Origin: Macrostomum lignano | Taxonomy: Eukaryota | Direction of reading: 5' to 3' | Assembly (NCBI GenBank): GCA_002269645.1 | Contig: NIVC01000143.1 | Location: 372,001 to 436,000, forward strand | Length of the DNA stretch: 64,000 nucleotides | Shown here: positions 49,861-61,903 of the stretch, one piece after another | How positions within the stretch are numbered: position 1 is the stretch's first letter | How the letters are laid out: each line of letters opens with the position of its first letter | Program-made: the position numbers and the translations under genes | Notes under the pieces: generated by a model | Database searches by the model: none | What the model was told of the DNA's origin: nothing | Seen by the model: the letters and a program-made list of their open reading frames with translations, nothing else

Positions 49861-51567
49861 TAGGCGAGCAGTCTTCAATTGGCGCAAGCATTCAGATGTG
49901 GGTCCTCAGAAACTGTAGATTCAGTATACCTTGTATGCTCATTGTGTTACTATCAGTAGAGTAGCGCTGCCACCACTGTAATTTGCATATTACGGAATGT
50001 TGAAGTCTCAGAGCTTGCTTCGAGATGAAATTGGGTTATTTTACACCCCATGGGCAAATGACTCAAGATAAGCTATGGCTTTAATCCAGAAAATGAAGAT
50101 ATAAATTGTTTTAACTGTTGCTTGTTTATTAGTCCATAAAACAGAGTTTAGTCGAAGTATTATTAATTGCACAAGCTGCGACAGTCAATGAATAATTGGG
50201 GGTGCTGCAGTGCAGGCTTTCACTTAAAATTGAACTGCAGTTAAGTTTCGGTCAAGCAATAAATTGAGTTAAATAAACAATATTAAGCTAGAAAGGAAAC
50301 CCTGAAGGATGAGGAGGGCAAATGGGAGTTAAAAGGGGGCAAAACGGGAAGAACAGCATGGGGCCGGGACAGGCGCAAAAGGGGGTGGGATTAAATACCC
50401 AAAGGAGGGACACAAAATGGTTGACACAGCCCAGAAAATGGGGAGGGGCAAGAACATGAAAGTCCAGAAAATTTTAACAAAAGGATGCCACAGAAAATAT
50501 ACAGAAAAACAAATTAAAACATAAATTGGGCATACAGTGCGAGAAAATAGGGTGAGAAGGACAGAAAAAAGGCTAAAAATGTCACAACTTGCGCCATGAG
50601 ATGGGCAAATAGGGCCAGAATAGGGGCGGGCAACATTTCAAAGTCTAGATTATGTATTGTCAATAAAAATCAATTGCAAATCAAGCCATGGTGGTACCCA
50701 CTACCACAATATTATTTTCTAAACTATTTTCATAATTGATTTTTTGTTTAAAATAATCAAAAAAATAGATTAAGTAGATGGTGCAATTTTAGGGAAAAAA
50801 CAACTCGAGCTTCAAATCTCTTTAACCTTTAATGGATAGTTAAGAAATAATTCTTACTTGGTAATTTTCTAAGAGTGAAATAGATATGTATACTACTGAT
50901 AAGTAGATACCACAAGCAGAAGATAACAAAGTAGATCTTGAAGCATACATTTAGATTGCTAAAGGCCATGACCCTCTTCTAATCTTAGAAATAACCAGGA
51001 CTAGAAGATATATACAATTCATATACTAGTAATAGTAATATGTTTTAATTTTTAGTATATAGAATTTTCACTTAGGCCTACTAAGAATACTACCAATGTA
51101 GAATAATAATGATACTAGTGAGAAATAAGAAATACCTCAAAATATACTAAAATATATGCTCAGAGCAATACTTAGACCTATGCTAAGACTTATGCTTGCA
51201 GAGTTTTGTGACAATATGATTTAGATAAAGATTCCTGCCTCTAGGAATGTCTTTGATTTTGATCTTGGTTTTAGATTTGATAGCTCTTAAGACTCACAAG
51301 AATAGTTTTCAGATTCATGTTATAAACAAACAAGAAATTAAATTAAATTGTTGAACAAAAAACATTTTTGTGCTTAAATTTCTCTGTAGGCTACTATTCA
51401 TAAATTGTGACTTATAAGTAAAAAAACCTTATCAACAAAAATACTTTGGTGCCCAAATAATGTAATCAAGTACAAAATAACAAAACCTTTAAAATTTGTC
51501 TTTAATTTAAAACATAGTAATTTGTTAATTCAAGATAGTTAAGGTTTCAAACACATAATAATTTAAA

Positions 51568-51700
51568 CAACAACAACAACAAGGTACTGCTCCCGCCAGC
51601 CATGCAGTAGCCAGAAAGGGGGAGCAGTCAGAAAGCACGTTTCTGGGCCATGGCCCTCAGGAAGTCGCATCCCCCTGCTTGGTCTGGGGCGCCATTTTTA
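51568..51700 (-). mobile_element. 133-bp retroposed fragment with (TTG)n tail
   Basis: Exact 13-bp TSD ATAATAATTTAAA (51555-51567, 51701-51713); a (CAA)5 run at one end. Confidence 0.75.
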
Positions 51701-52199
51701 ATAATAATTTAAAATTCCATGTAAATTTACTATATGAAAGTATAAGGCTAAATATCAAGCAAAATAGTAATTTGGCTTTTATGTTAAGGTTGTAGCAAAA
51801 AATGACTAAATGATTCATTTGACAAAATAACTAAAGTGCGGAAAGGCATATAAAGGTATTGATGACATTGGTGCATATAAACTATTGCCTTGAACAGTCA
51901 TAGCAGAGCCACCTTGGACTGCACTGCCTTGAACAGTCACAGCATTGCTGCCAGTAGTACCATAGGACAGATAGGATCAGATGGTCTTAAAAAGAATCGA
52001 ATTCTATTGTGCGCTTTCCATATGGAGTTTAGTTTGTGCCTTTTTAATAGTTTAGACGGTCGATCAGCTAGTAATCCAGCAGGCCTCTTATATCGTATGC
52101 AAACATCTCTAAATACACTCTGTGTATGGACCACAAAAGCCCTTTGTCTAGGGAATATTTTGACTTAGTTTTTTCATTCTATATTGACTGTATCTATAT

Positions 52200-55100
52200 A
52201 TGATACTAAAAAAACACTACTTGATGATGCTACATGGTCAGCAGTCAAGATGGCCACGCCAGTTATTTGATGCCGAAGATGCTGCAGATGAGAACAGTCA
52301 TCATCACTATTGGCAGGGTGGCGCTGCCACTGCCACCGCAAATGCCGCAGATGAAACTGCCACATTTGGCAATATAATTAGCCAAGACACTATGGCTATT
52401 TTCAAAGGCAGAGGTCTGGTTAATAATCCATTGGCCAATAGTAGCCTAGCTAGTATCAGCTTTACTAACAACAATAGTGCAGTGCTGCAGCAGCAATCCA
52501 TGGCTCCGACAGTGACTGCTGCCACTGCCGCAGTGCACGAAATTCAAGACGAAGCTCAACTAGCAGCTGGGGAGAATCTGTTTGCCGATTTTCATCAAGT
52601 TATTGGCGAATATGACGGCTTAGAGCTTTGTAGGCGACTTGCCGATCTGTGCAGCGATCAGGACGCGCTGCTGCGTAGGCTCGGTTTGAGACTGGGCTCT
52701 CAGCAGCGAAGAGCAATCGGTTGGGAGTGTCAGACTTGGCGATTGTTGGCTCTGCTGTATAGAGACCGCATGACTGCTAATAACAGTGCTGAGGATGCGA
52801 TGGACGATAGGGATACTGAGGTTGATGATGGAATTGACGAGCCAATGGTTGAGGATGCTGTGAGTACTGTGAGATTTTTATAAATTTGATTTTGCTTGAC
52901 TCGATATTAAGGAATGACTTTGATGGTAAGGTGACTCTTAAAGACGCTCACACAAGGGTGTACAGGGCGGCTGTAGCAAACAACTCTTTGGGGCGACTCC
53001 TGTAACTTTTTAACGACTCAAAGAATCGTTGTGTTGGCGTTAAACTTTTGCTAAAGATGTGATTTAAATCACCATTAAAATGGCACGGCTCGGCTCTATG
53101 AATCTCTATGAATCTATTTTGTCAATCAGCTGACTGTGTAACAAATATGTGTAACAGAGATGATAAAATACTAAAATAAAACCAAAGATTCAAGCTCTGC
53201 CATGCATTTTTATTGTTTTTTAGTTACAGGAAATGCACGTAGAATAAACAATTAACATCGAATCTTAATTTCTGAACGAAAAGCTTTATGAATATCGATA
53301 GAGCAATAAGAAAGGCACAGCATATCAAAAGATGAACACTGGATCTGCCTCCTATCGAAAGCAATAACAATTTTTGTTCGGAAAAATGAAAACTTCCTAT
53401 CTCCGTAGCCTATCTCCAAGAAACAAGGAAATGTGCCTCGAATTCATCAAGCAACGCAAAAATGCGCTTCAAACACAACCCAGTGACTCTAAGAACGCCT
53501 AAAATATTACTATATGGCACCAGAATCGTTTCAGAGTCGCAGAAGACAATAAAACGCTTCAAATTGATTTTGGGGCGACTCTTTGACAACTTTATGGCGA
53601 TTTGTGTGTATCGTGACATTACGTCGTTTTGAGAGTCGTTGAGAGTCACATTTTTCCTATTTTACACTATTTTACCAGCACATTTGCGCGTAAGCTACTT
53701 TTAGTTCAGTAGTATAAGTTAAACAGAAGCATTTAATGTATTTTTAAAGTCAAGGCTCATTTATTGGCTCCTAACCCCTCCACCCCCAGCTTAAACCGTC
53801 CAACCGCGCCTTTCCACACTACCCCCCGTCCCACCTCAATTTTTATTGCCTTTCTCGGAATTTCAGCCTAAAGCTGCCATGTACATTTCAGTGGACTGGC
53901 TGATGTACATTATTGATGAACCAATTAGAAAGCTGTTTACGCCTGCAAGCTTGGGCTTCTAAACTTATCAAAGTCATTTCAGCTGCCTTTATTCTTATAA
54001 AATAGCTTATGTATTCTTCCTTGCTACTGGACTGAAAGTAGAAAGCTGTTTTACTAAGTACAAATGCCTGAATGGCCCATCTAGTTATTCTAGTATCTGT
54101 GGGGGTTCTATTCCCGGTCCCAGTCGGAACAATTTGTGTCCTTAGCAAGAAAATTAATTCTACATTGCTTCAGTTCACCCAGCTCTAAAATGGGTGTCGC
54201 TAGCATTAGCTGGGGCAATTGAGGGTTGCATATCTGCCCATTGGGGCGGTTTAATCAAATATTAATATTATTAATCGTCAGGCATGTACACTCAGGCTTG
54301 CTAACTAAAACCCCAGGACCAGTCAGACTCAGACGGCGGCTATCACTGGAGCCAGCGCCACCCAGAGAAGCGTCTAGTTGCCCACCTGTACGCCACTGAC
54401 GCTGAAGTTCGCGAATTTCAATTGCTGATCGACTGGCTGGAAGCGGCAGCTGCTTCCCGACTTGACGAGCTGCCATCGCCGCCAGATGCTTGCGAAGCGG
54501 CCGCTGCCGGAGGCGTGCCTTGGGAGCACACGCTGCACCTGTTGAGACGGTCGGCAGCTTCGGTGCCAGCTGGTCTGGTTAATCGATTGGATCCTGACGG
54601 CCCCATTGCTGCCGCGGCGCAGAGAAAGCAGTTCAGTTTGCAGCATCAGCAGCAGGAGCAGCAACAGGTCAGAGGCTAAGGGTTTTTTGCGCTTTACAGG
54701 TTTGATAGCACTCTGAATTTGGACCTGCGATACGGAGAACTTGGGAGAATTTAGAGATTGAGAGAGGCTTAGGGAGAATTTAGAGATTGAGAGAGGCTTA
54801 GGAAGAATTTAGAGCTTGAGAGAGGCTTGGGGTATTCAAAGCTTGTCAGATGCGTGGGGAATTTAGAGCTTGAGAGAGGCTTGGGGTATTCAGAGCTTGT
54901 CAGGTGCGTGGGGAATTTAGAGCTTGAGAGAGGCTTGGGTATTCAGAGCTTGTCAGGTGCGTGGGGAATTTAGAGCTTGAGAGAGGCTTGGGGTATTCAG
55001 AGCTTGTCAGATGCGTGGGGAATTTAGAGCTTGAGAGAAGCTTGGGGAATTTAGAGCTTGTCAGATGCGTGGGGAATTTAGAGCTTGAGAGAAGCTTGGG

Positions 55101-57293
55101 GAATTTAGAGCTTGTCAGATGCGTGGGGAATTTAGAGCTTGAGAGAGGCTTGTGGGATTTAGAGCTTGAGAGAGGCTTAGGGAGAATTTAGAGCTGGAGA
55201 GAGGCTTAGGGAGAATTTAGAGCTTGAGAGAGGCTTAGGGAGAATTTAGAGCTGGAGAGAGGCTTAGGGAGAATTTAGAGCTGGAGAGAGGCTTAGGGAG
55301 AATTTAGAGCTGGAGAGAGGCTTAGGGAGAATTTAGAGCTTGAGAGAGGCTTAGGGAGAATTTAGAGCTGGAGAGAGGCTTAGGGAGAATTTAGAGCTGG
55401 AGAGAGGCTTAGGGAGAATTTAGAGCTGGAGAGAGGCTTAGGGAGAATTTAGAGCTTGAGAGAGGCTTAGGGAGAATTTAGAGCTGGAGAGAGGCTTAGG
55501 GAGAATTTAGAGCTGGAGAGAGGCTTAGGGAGAATTTAGAGCTTGAGAGTGACTTAGGGAGAATTTAGAGCTGGAGAGAGGCTTAGGGAGAATTTAGAGC
55601 TTGAGAGAGGCTTAGGGAGAATTTAGAGCTGGAGAGAGGCTTAGGGAGAATTTAGAGCTGGAGAGAGGCTTAGGGAGAATTTAGAGCTGGAGAGAGGCTT
55701 AGGGAGAATTTAGAGCTGGAGAGAGGCTTAGGGAGAATTTAGAGCTGGAGAGAGGCTTAGGGAGAATTTAGAGCTGGAGAGAGGCTTAGGGAGAATTTAG
55801 AGCTGGAGAGAGGCTTAGGGAGAATTTAGAGCTGGAGAGAGGCTTAGGGAGAATTTACAGCTGGAGAGAGGCTTAGGGAGAATTTAGAGCTGGAGAGAGG
55901 CTTAGGGAGAATTTACAGCTGGAGAGAGGCTTAGGGAGAATTTAGAGCTTGAGAGAGGCTTAGGGAGAATTTAGAGCTTGAGAGTGACTTAGGGAAGTTA
56001 GAACTTGTCAGAGGCTTGGGGAATTTAGAGCTTGTCAGATGCGTGGGGATTTTTAGCTTGTCAGATGCGTGGGGATTTTTAGCTTGAGAGAGGCTTGGGG
56101 AATTTAAAGCTTGCTAGAGGCTTGGGGAATTTAGAGCTTGAGAGAGGCTTGGGGAATTTAAAGCTTGAGAGAGGCTTGGGGAATTTAGAGCTTGTGAGAT
56201 GCGTGAGGAATTTAGAGCTTGAGAGAGGCTTGGGGAATTTAGAGCTTGTGAGATGCGTGAGGAATTTAGAGCTTGAGAGAGGCTTGGGGAATTTAGAGCT
56301 TGTCAGATGCGTGAGGAATTTAGAGCTTGAGAGAGGCTTGGGGGGATTTAAAGCTTAGGAGAAGATTTGGGAACTTACAGCTTTAACTTTGTAAGGTAAA
56401 TTGAATCCAGAAAGGTTGCCCTTCAAAATAAAAATTACAATTCCATTTATTCCCTACCCAGCACTCGCTGCAGCTGGCAGACCTGGACCGGGCAGCCGAG
56501 GACCGCCTCCTGGCCGCCGGTTTCCAACTACTTCGTGCCGGTCAGCTTCAACGCGCCGGCCGTTTGTTCTCATCCGCTGGGCAGCATTGGCGAGCCGCCT
56601 GTCTGTACGGCTGGCAACTGCCTAGCAACGGTAATCCCTACGGTAATCCGCGACGTGATCTGTGGCGAGCGGCTGCCTGGTCGGCGAGCTCCGACTGCTG
56701 TATGAGCCGATGGGAGCGGGCGATATTCGCTGCCCTGTGCGGCAGTCTGGATCCTCTGCTAGCCGTGTTCCCCCCGTCTGCCTGGGAGGACCGGCTGTGG
56801 GCTCACGCTCGCTGCTTTGTTGAAGCCCGCGTCAGCGACTGTCTTGGCGCCGCGACGACTACCGGATCGACCTGTCCGGAGCTGACCGGACCGGCTGCCG
56901 CGGCCGCTTCGGTTGCTAAGCGACTGACTAGCAGGGAAACTGTGATGGGGCGGTTGGAGTGCCGCGAGCTGTGGCCGTCTGTGCAGACCGCTTTGATTCT
57001 GGACAGGCCTGGCACTTTGCCCGCGATGCTGGCTGGTAGGCTGGCCGATGGAGAGCTGGATAGTCAGGAACTTCGCTTTGCTGTACACCTGGCTCTGTGC
57101 CTTCAACGCCTTGGCCTGCTGGGTCCAGACGAGCCGAATAGCGTTAAACTGCTGCACAGCTTCATTGATGGGCTTATCGAGGAGGGCAGGACGGATCTGG
57201 TGGCTTATTACACGGCTAGGCTGCCCAGGTGAGGCGGTTATCCTATCTATCTGTCTATCTATCTGTCTATCCATCTGTCTATCTGTCTGTCTC

Positions 57294-57364
<71 letters not shown>

Positions 57365-57365
57365 G

Positions 57366-57410
<45 letters not shown>

Positions 57411-57436
57411 GTATCTATCTATCATCTATCTATTTG

Positions 57437-57515
<79 letters not shown>

Positions 57516-59367
57516 GTTTCCACCCGTCATTCCCTCCCAGAGACGAGCAGGTGGGCTGGTACGGCAAGCTTCTCCAACGCATCGAAGACACCTCAGCCAG
57601 GGTGCACTGCCTGCAGCTGGCTGAGCGGGCCGGCCTGGACACGGCTGCGATCACAGTCTCGGTGGTTGAATCAGTCCGCCGAGCCGATCTGGACACGGCA
57701 GATTGCGGCGCAAATTCTAACGCGGCTTTAGCCGGCGCCAGCGAACAGCTGACGGAAGCCGACCGGAGGAAAATCAACGCGCTTGACTGGGTGATCCTGG
57801 CCGGTGCAACGCCTCGTATTGAAGCTGTTAGACAGGCGTGCGCTCTGGCCCGGCTGTTCCTGGCTTTGAACAAAGAGCAAGGCGCCAGGGACGCTCTGGC
57901 TAAGGTGCCGGATGACTCGCTGAAACTGGTCGAAGCTCAGGAAGGCGGCGGTAGTGACGGCGGTGGCGTTCCTGGGTCGTTGCCACCTGTTGCTAGCGAC
58001 GCGATGCGAGAATTGGCCGGGTTAAAAGCTTATTTAGTCGCTCAAGAGGCTGTGGCCGATTGGACTGTAAGTGTCTGCAGTGTGTGCTTATTGAATTTGA
58101 AAGATTCATCACAAGTGGGAACCCTATGAAGAATTACTATTTTTTGTGACTTTTACTGTGACTGTGACATCTTGTCGTTTTAGAGTCATCAAGAGTCGCT
58201 TCTTTATAATTTGAAAGGACTCTTGGGACTGGGGTGACTTTAGTGACTCTACATGTATATTGGTCAGTTTATGGGTGATTTGATAAATGTCTGGATTTTA
58301 TTGGTCAGTTTATGGATGACCTGCTCAATAATTTGGTAGTTTATTGGTCAGTTTACGGGTGACCTGCTCAATGATTTGGTAGTTTATTGGTCAGTTTACG
58401 GGTGACCCGATGGATGATTTGGTAGTTGATTTGTCAGTTTACGGGTGACCTGCTCAATGACTTGGTTGTTTATTGGTCAGTTTACGGGTGACCTGCTAAA
58501 TGACTTGGTAGTTTATTGATCAGTTTACGGGTGACCTGCTCAATGACTTGGTAGTTTATTGGTTAGTTTATGGGTGATTTGATAAATGACTCGATGCTTA
58601 TCGGGTTGCTTGTTAGAGGGTTTTAGCCTAGTGGTTAGTTAGAGCATCGATCTCACGACTTAAAGGGTCGTGGGTTCGATTCCCGGTCCCACTCGGAACA
58701 ATTATTAGTGTCCTTGACTTGAGCAACTTGCTTCAGTTCACACGGCTGTAAAATGGGTGCCAGCATTAGCTGGGCCTGGTGTAATTCAGGGTGTGTGTGA
58801 CGAAAGTTAGTGCAGGTGTCATCAATTATTATTATTAATTGCCTCGCCGTCCAGGTGCATTTCTACCAAGCCAGACCGGAGCGGCCAGAGCCAGCCCCGG
58901 CGGGCGCGCCCTACACCGAGAAGCTGTTCTACGAGCAGCGCGAACGGCGCTACCAAGCCGAGCTGGAGCGCTGGCGCCATCTGTTGTCGTTGCACACCAG
59001 AGCGGCAATGTCCCGGCTAGAGGATCTGCTGCTGTGGCCGGCGCCAGGCTGGCTAGCGGATCAGTTCACCGATCAGTCTGAAGCAGCTGAGCCAGGCAGA
59101 ACTGCCCAGTTGCAGAGTCTGCGCCGTCTGTACCTGCCGCAGCTCTGCTTGTGCGTTGCCCGACTGTTGCTTCAAGCTGAACAGCCGAGCTTTCTGACTC
59201 GCCTAGCTGAGTTGATCGCCGCGGAGTCTCCCGGTCGGGTTGGCGTCCTGTTCCGTCAGGACCAACTGCAACAGCTGTTTATGCTAATTAGGGACGCGGC
59301 CTGTCGACTGCTTGATGATGGTTTCGATGCGTTTGGATACGACATGTCCACCACTGGGGAGCAGTGA
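52200..59367 (+). CDS. NUP107: Nuclear pore complex protein Nup107, 5 exons, about 938 aa
   Basis: Exons 52200-52859, 54317-54667, 56462-57228, 57541-58066 and 58855-59367 splice in frame (2817 nt). Motifs: [74 protein letters not shown]. The exact start Met is uncertain. Confidence 0.93.
52925..53680. mobile_element. Unclassified GACTC/GAGTC-rich repeat element in NUP107 intron 1
   Basis: Imperfect inverted ends (GGTAA...GTGACTCT); related sequence at about 58130-58250 and 59715-59975. Confidence 0.45.
54090..54275 (+). mobile_element. tRNA-derived SINE, 5'-degenerate
   Basis: GGGGGTTCTATTCCCGGTCCCAGTCGGAAC, then the TTGCTTCAGTTCACCCAGCTCTAAAATGGGTG core. Confidence 0.75.
54740..56370. repeat. 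29-bp minisatellite filling NUP107 intron 2
   Basis: Tandem GGGAGAATTTAGAGCTGGAGAGAGGCTTA; near-perfect centre, degenerate edges. Confidence 0.96.
57240..57515. repeat. (ATCT)n microsatellite filling NUP107 intron 3
   Basis: Direct reading. Confidence 0.97.
58260..58590. repeat. 43-bp minisatellite in NUP107 intron 4
   Basis: GGTAGTTTATTGGTCAGTTTACGGGTGACCTGCTCAATGA(T/C)TT units. Confidence 0.9.
58617..58840 (+). mobile_element. tRNA-derived SINE
   Basis: TAGCCTAGTGGTT (A box), GGGTTCGATTCCCGG (B box), shared core, (ATT)n tail. Confidence 0.87.
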
Positions 59368-59433
59368 CCTGTGGATTGTTGCAATAGACTAGTTTGATTT
59401 CTGTTCTTTTTGTAAGCTTATTATTGTCAAGTA

Positions 59434-59696
59434 TAGGGGGTTAGACAAATAATCCTCCAGCTAATGGCTACGGGCCAGATGAGAATGGAGAATAGAGAGA
59501 ATAAAGCATGATAGATAAGAGAGAAGAGAGGCAAGAGATGGGATGAGAGAAAAGACGTATGATTGGAGCAGAAAAGAAGGGAGAGAAGAGGGGAGAGGTG
59601 GGTTAAGAGAGGAGATAGGAGAGAGAGGATCCGAGGCCTAGATAAGAGGCTTCGCGGGTCGCATGTGGCTTTCGGGCTGCAGTTTGCCAACCGCTG
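59434..59696 (-). mobile_element. Charlie-like hAT MITE with GA-rich interior
   Basis: Ends GCGGGTCGCATGTGGCTTTCGGGCTGCAGTTTGCCAACCGCTG. Confidence 0.7.
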
Positions 59697-60739
59697 ACAC
59701 TAAAGATACCCATATTAAAAAAGGTTACCGTGACAAAAATCGCAGTAAAAGAGTCATCGCAAACAACTCACTAATGCTTCTAGCAACTTATGGGGGCAAC
59801 TCAAACAACGATGCAAAATGCGATTCTAAATTATTAAATGATGCTTTAGACTCTAGCACATGTAATAGAATATTAGGCGTCTCTTTTTTGGCGACTTGTA
59901 AATTATCAAATAGGTCATCCAATGGGTTGGACCATAGACAACGCGCAACGTCAATTAAGAGATAAATCATCATTCTACTTACCATATATGGCCAAACACT
60001 GAAAGCGAGTCCAAGCTACACACAACTGAAGCTTTTCTGATCTTACACAGAATATTCGGCTTTATAGAGCTTTATAGCCAATAGTCTATGGCCGAGGCTT
60101 AGTCTCATTTCCTCCCGCTGGCTGCGGCAATTAAATATTATAACCCCCACTTGATTTCGTTGTCTATGGCCTAGAACGAAATCAAGTGGGGATTATCTTA
60201 TACTTAAGATAATTTGCAAAATGATGTAACTGTAAACCTTAAGATATATGTAAAGTAAATATAATTCATAGTTTTTATTCATCACTATATGTAATTAGGA
60301 AAGAATTTTCCGTGTCTAACTAATGATTTGTCGGTTGCAGTTAGCTCGGAATGATTTTCATTTTGAATGCTGTGTTTCTAGTGGTTTAACTAAAATTAAG
60401 TACTAGTTCTTAGACTGACTCCATCTATGCTTTACTTCTATTTTAATATCCAATTCAAATTAGTTTATAATTTATTTATTCGTTTAGATGTTTGTGTCAC
60501 AGTTCACTTATCGTTTTAATTGAAGCATTTGTTGGTAATTATGTAATTGGCTACTTGCTATCATAAACTAATTATCTTACTAATGGTGTTATTTTTGTGC
60601 CATCTGATTTGCACGTGCGTTACATTTTTTATTATTAAATATAAAAGTGAAATAAATTTAAGTTCGCTCGTTTGTAATAGCGTTTGCCAATGTCAATGTA
60701 AACTGTTTATTTACTTTAGGCTATTCCTGAACCTTCTGT

Positions 60740-61770
60740 GGTCCGTTGCTGGGCCTGAACCTGAACCTTCAGTCCTTCAGTGGTCTATTGCTACTCCCCC
60801 TTGGGCCTGAACCTTCAGTCCTTCAGTGGTCCATTGCTATCCCCTCTTGGGCCTGAACCTTCAGTCCTTCAGTGGTCCATTGCTATCCCCTCTTGGGCCT
60901 GAACCTTCAGTCCTTCAGTGGTCCATTGCTATCCCCTCTTGGGCCTGAACCTTCAGTGCTTCAGTGGTCCATTGCTACCCCCTCTTGGGCCTGAACCTTC
61001 AGTCCTTTAGTGTCCATTGCTACTCCCCTTGGGCCTGAACCTTCAGTCCTTTAGTGTCCATTGCTACTCCCCTTGGGCCTGAACCTTCAGTCCTTTAGTG
61101 TCCATTGCTACTCCCCTTGGGCCTGAACCTTCAGTCCTTTAGTGGTCCATTGCTACTCCCCTTGGGCCTGAACCTTCAGTCCTATTAAGAAAGCCTTATT
61201 AAATTATAATGAATCGGCGTTTATTGAGTTTTGAGAAAGATAGCAAAAGAAAGGATTAACATGGAATTTAGCACTGGCGTAGCTCAAACAAAACTTAGTG
61301 GTACGGGTAAGGTAGTCGAAAACCATAGATATAATTAAGAAGTCTGTTGTAGAAAATTCTAGAAGGAAAACTTGGATTCACTTACTATAAATATAAAGTT
61401 GACTATTTTAAGATAAACGATTACTTATAACATCTTTAACAAGTCCTTCAGTGGTCCATTGCTACTCCCCCTCTTGGGCCTGAACATTCAGTCCTTCAGA
61501 TGGTCCATTGCTACTCCCTCTGGACCTGAACCTGCAGTCCTTCAGTGGTCTATTGCTACCCCTGGTCCTGAACCTTCAGTGGTCTATTGCTACCCCTGGT
61601 CCTGAACCTTCAGTCCTTCAGTGATCTATTGCTACCCCTGGCCCTGAACCTTTAGTCCTTCAGTGGTCAATTGCTACTGCCCCTTGGGCCTGAATCTTCA
61701 GTCCTTCAGTAGTCCATGGCTATCCCTGGTCCTGAACCTTCAGTCATTCAGTAGTCCATTGCTGTCCCTG
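60740..61770. repeat. 44-46-bp minisatellite upstream of MOGS, interrupted by an AT-rich block at about 61185-61440
   Basis: GGGCCTGAACCTTCAGTCCTTCAGTGGTCCATTGCTA(T/C)CCCCTCTT units with no spacers. Confidence 0.93.
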
Positions 61771-61903
61771 AACCCTCGGTGCAAAAAATGCTGAAATACC
61801 TGAACCCGCGTAATCAAATGAATATTTAATCATTGCTTATTAATGCCATTCAACTCAGGAACTCAGAAACCCATCCGATCCCGGTGAATACAAGCAAGAT
61901 AAA

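Noticed and set aside
57229-57731. ORFs with IYLS repeats overlapping NUP107
   Set aside because: Translation of the (ATCT)n intron; the in-frame exon starts at 57541.
58617-58695. Functional tRNA gene (also 13260-13333 and 25476-25549)
   Set aside because: A and B boxes are present but the stems pair poorly, and each head continues into a shared SINE body and tail.
60740-61770. CRISPR-like array
   Set aside because: The units are directly adjacent with no unique spacers, there are no cas genes, and the context is eukaryotic.
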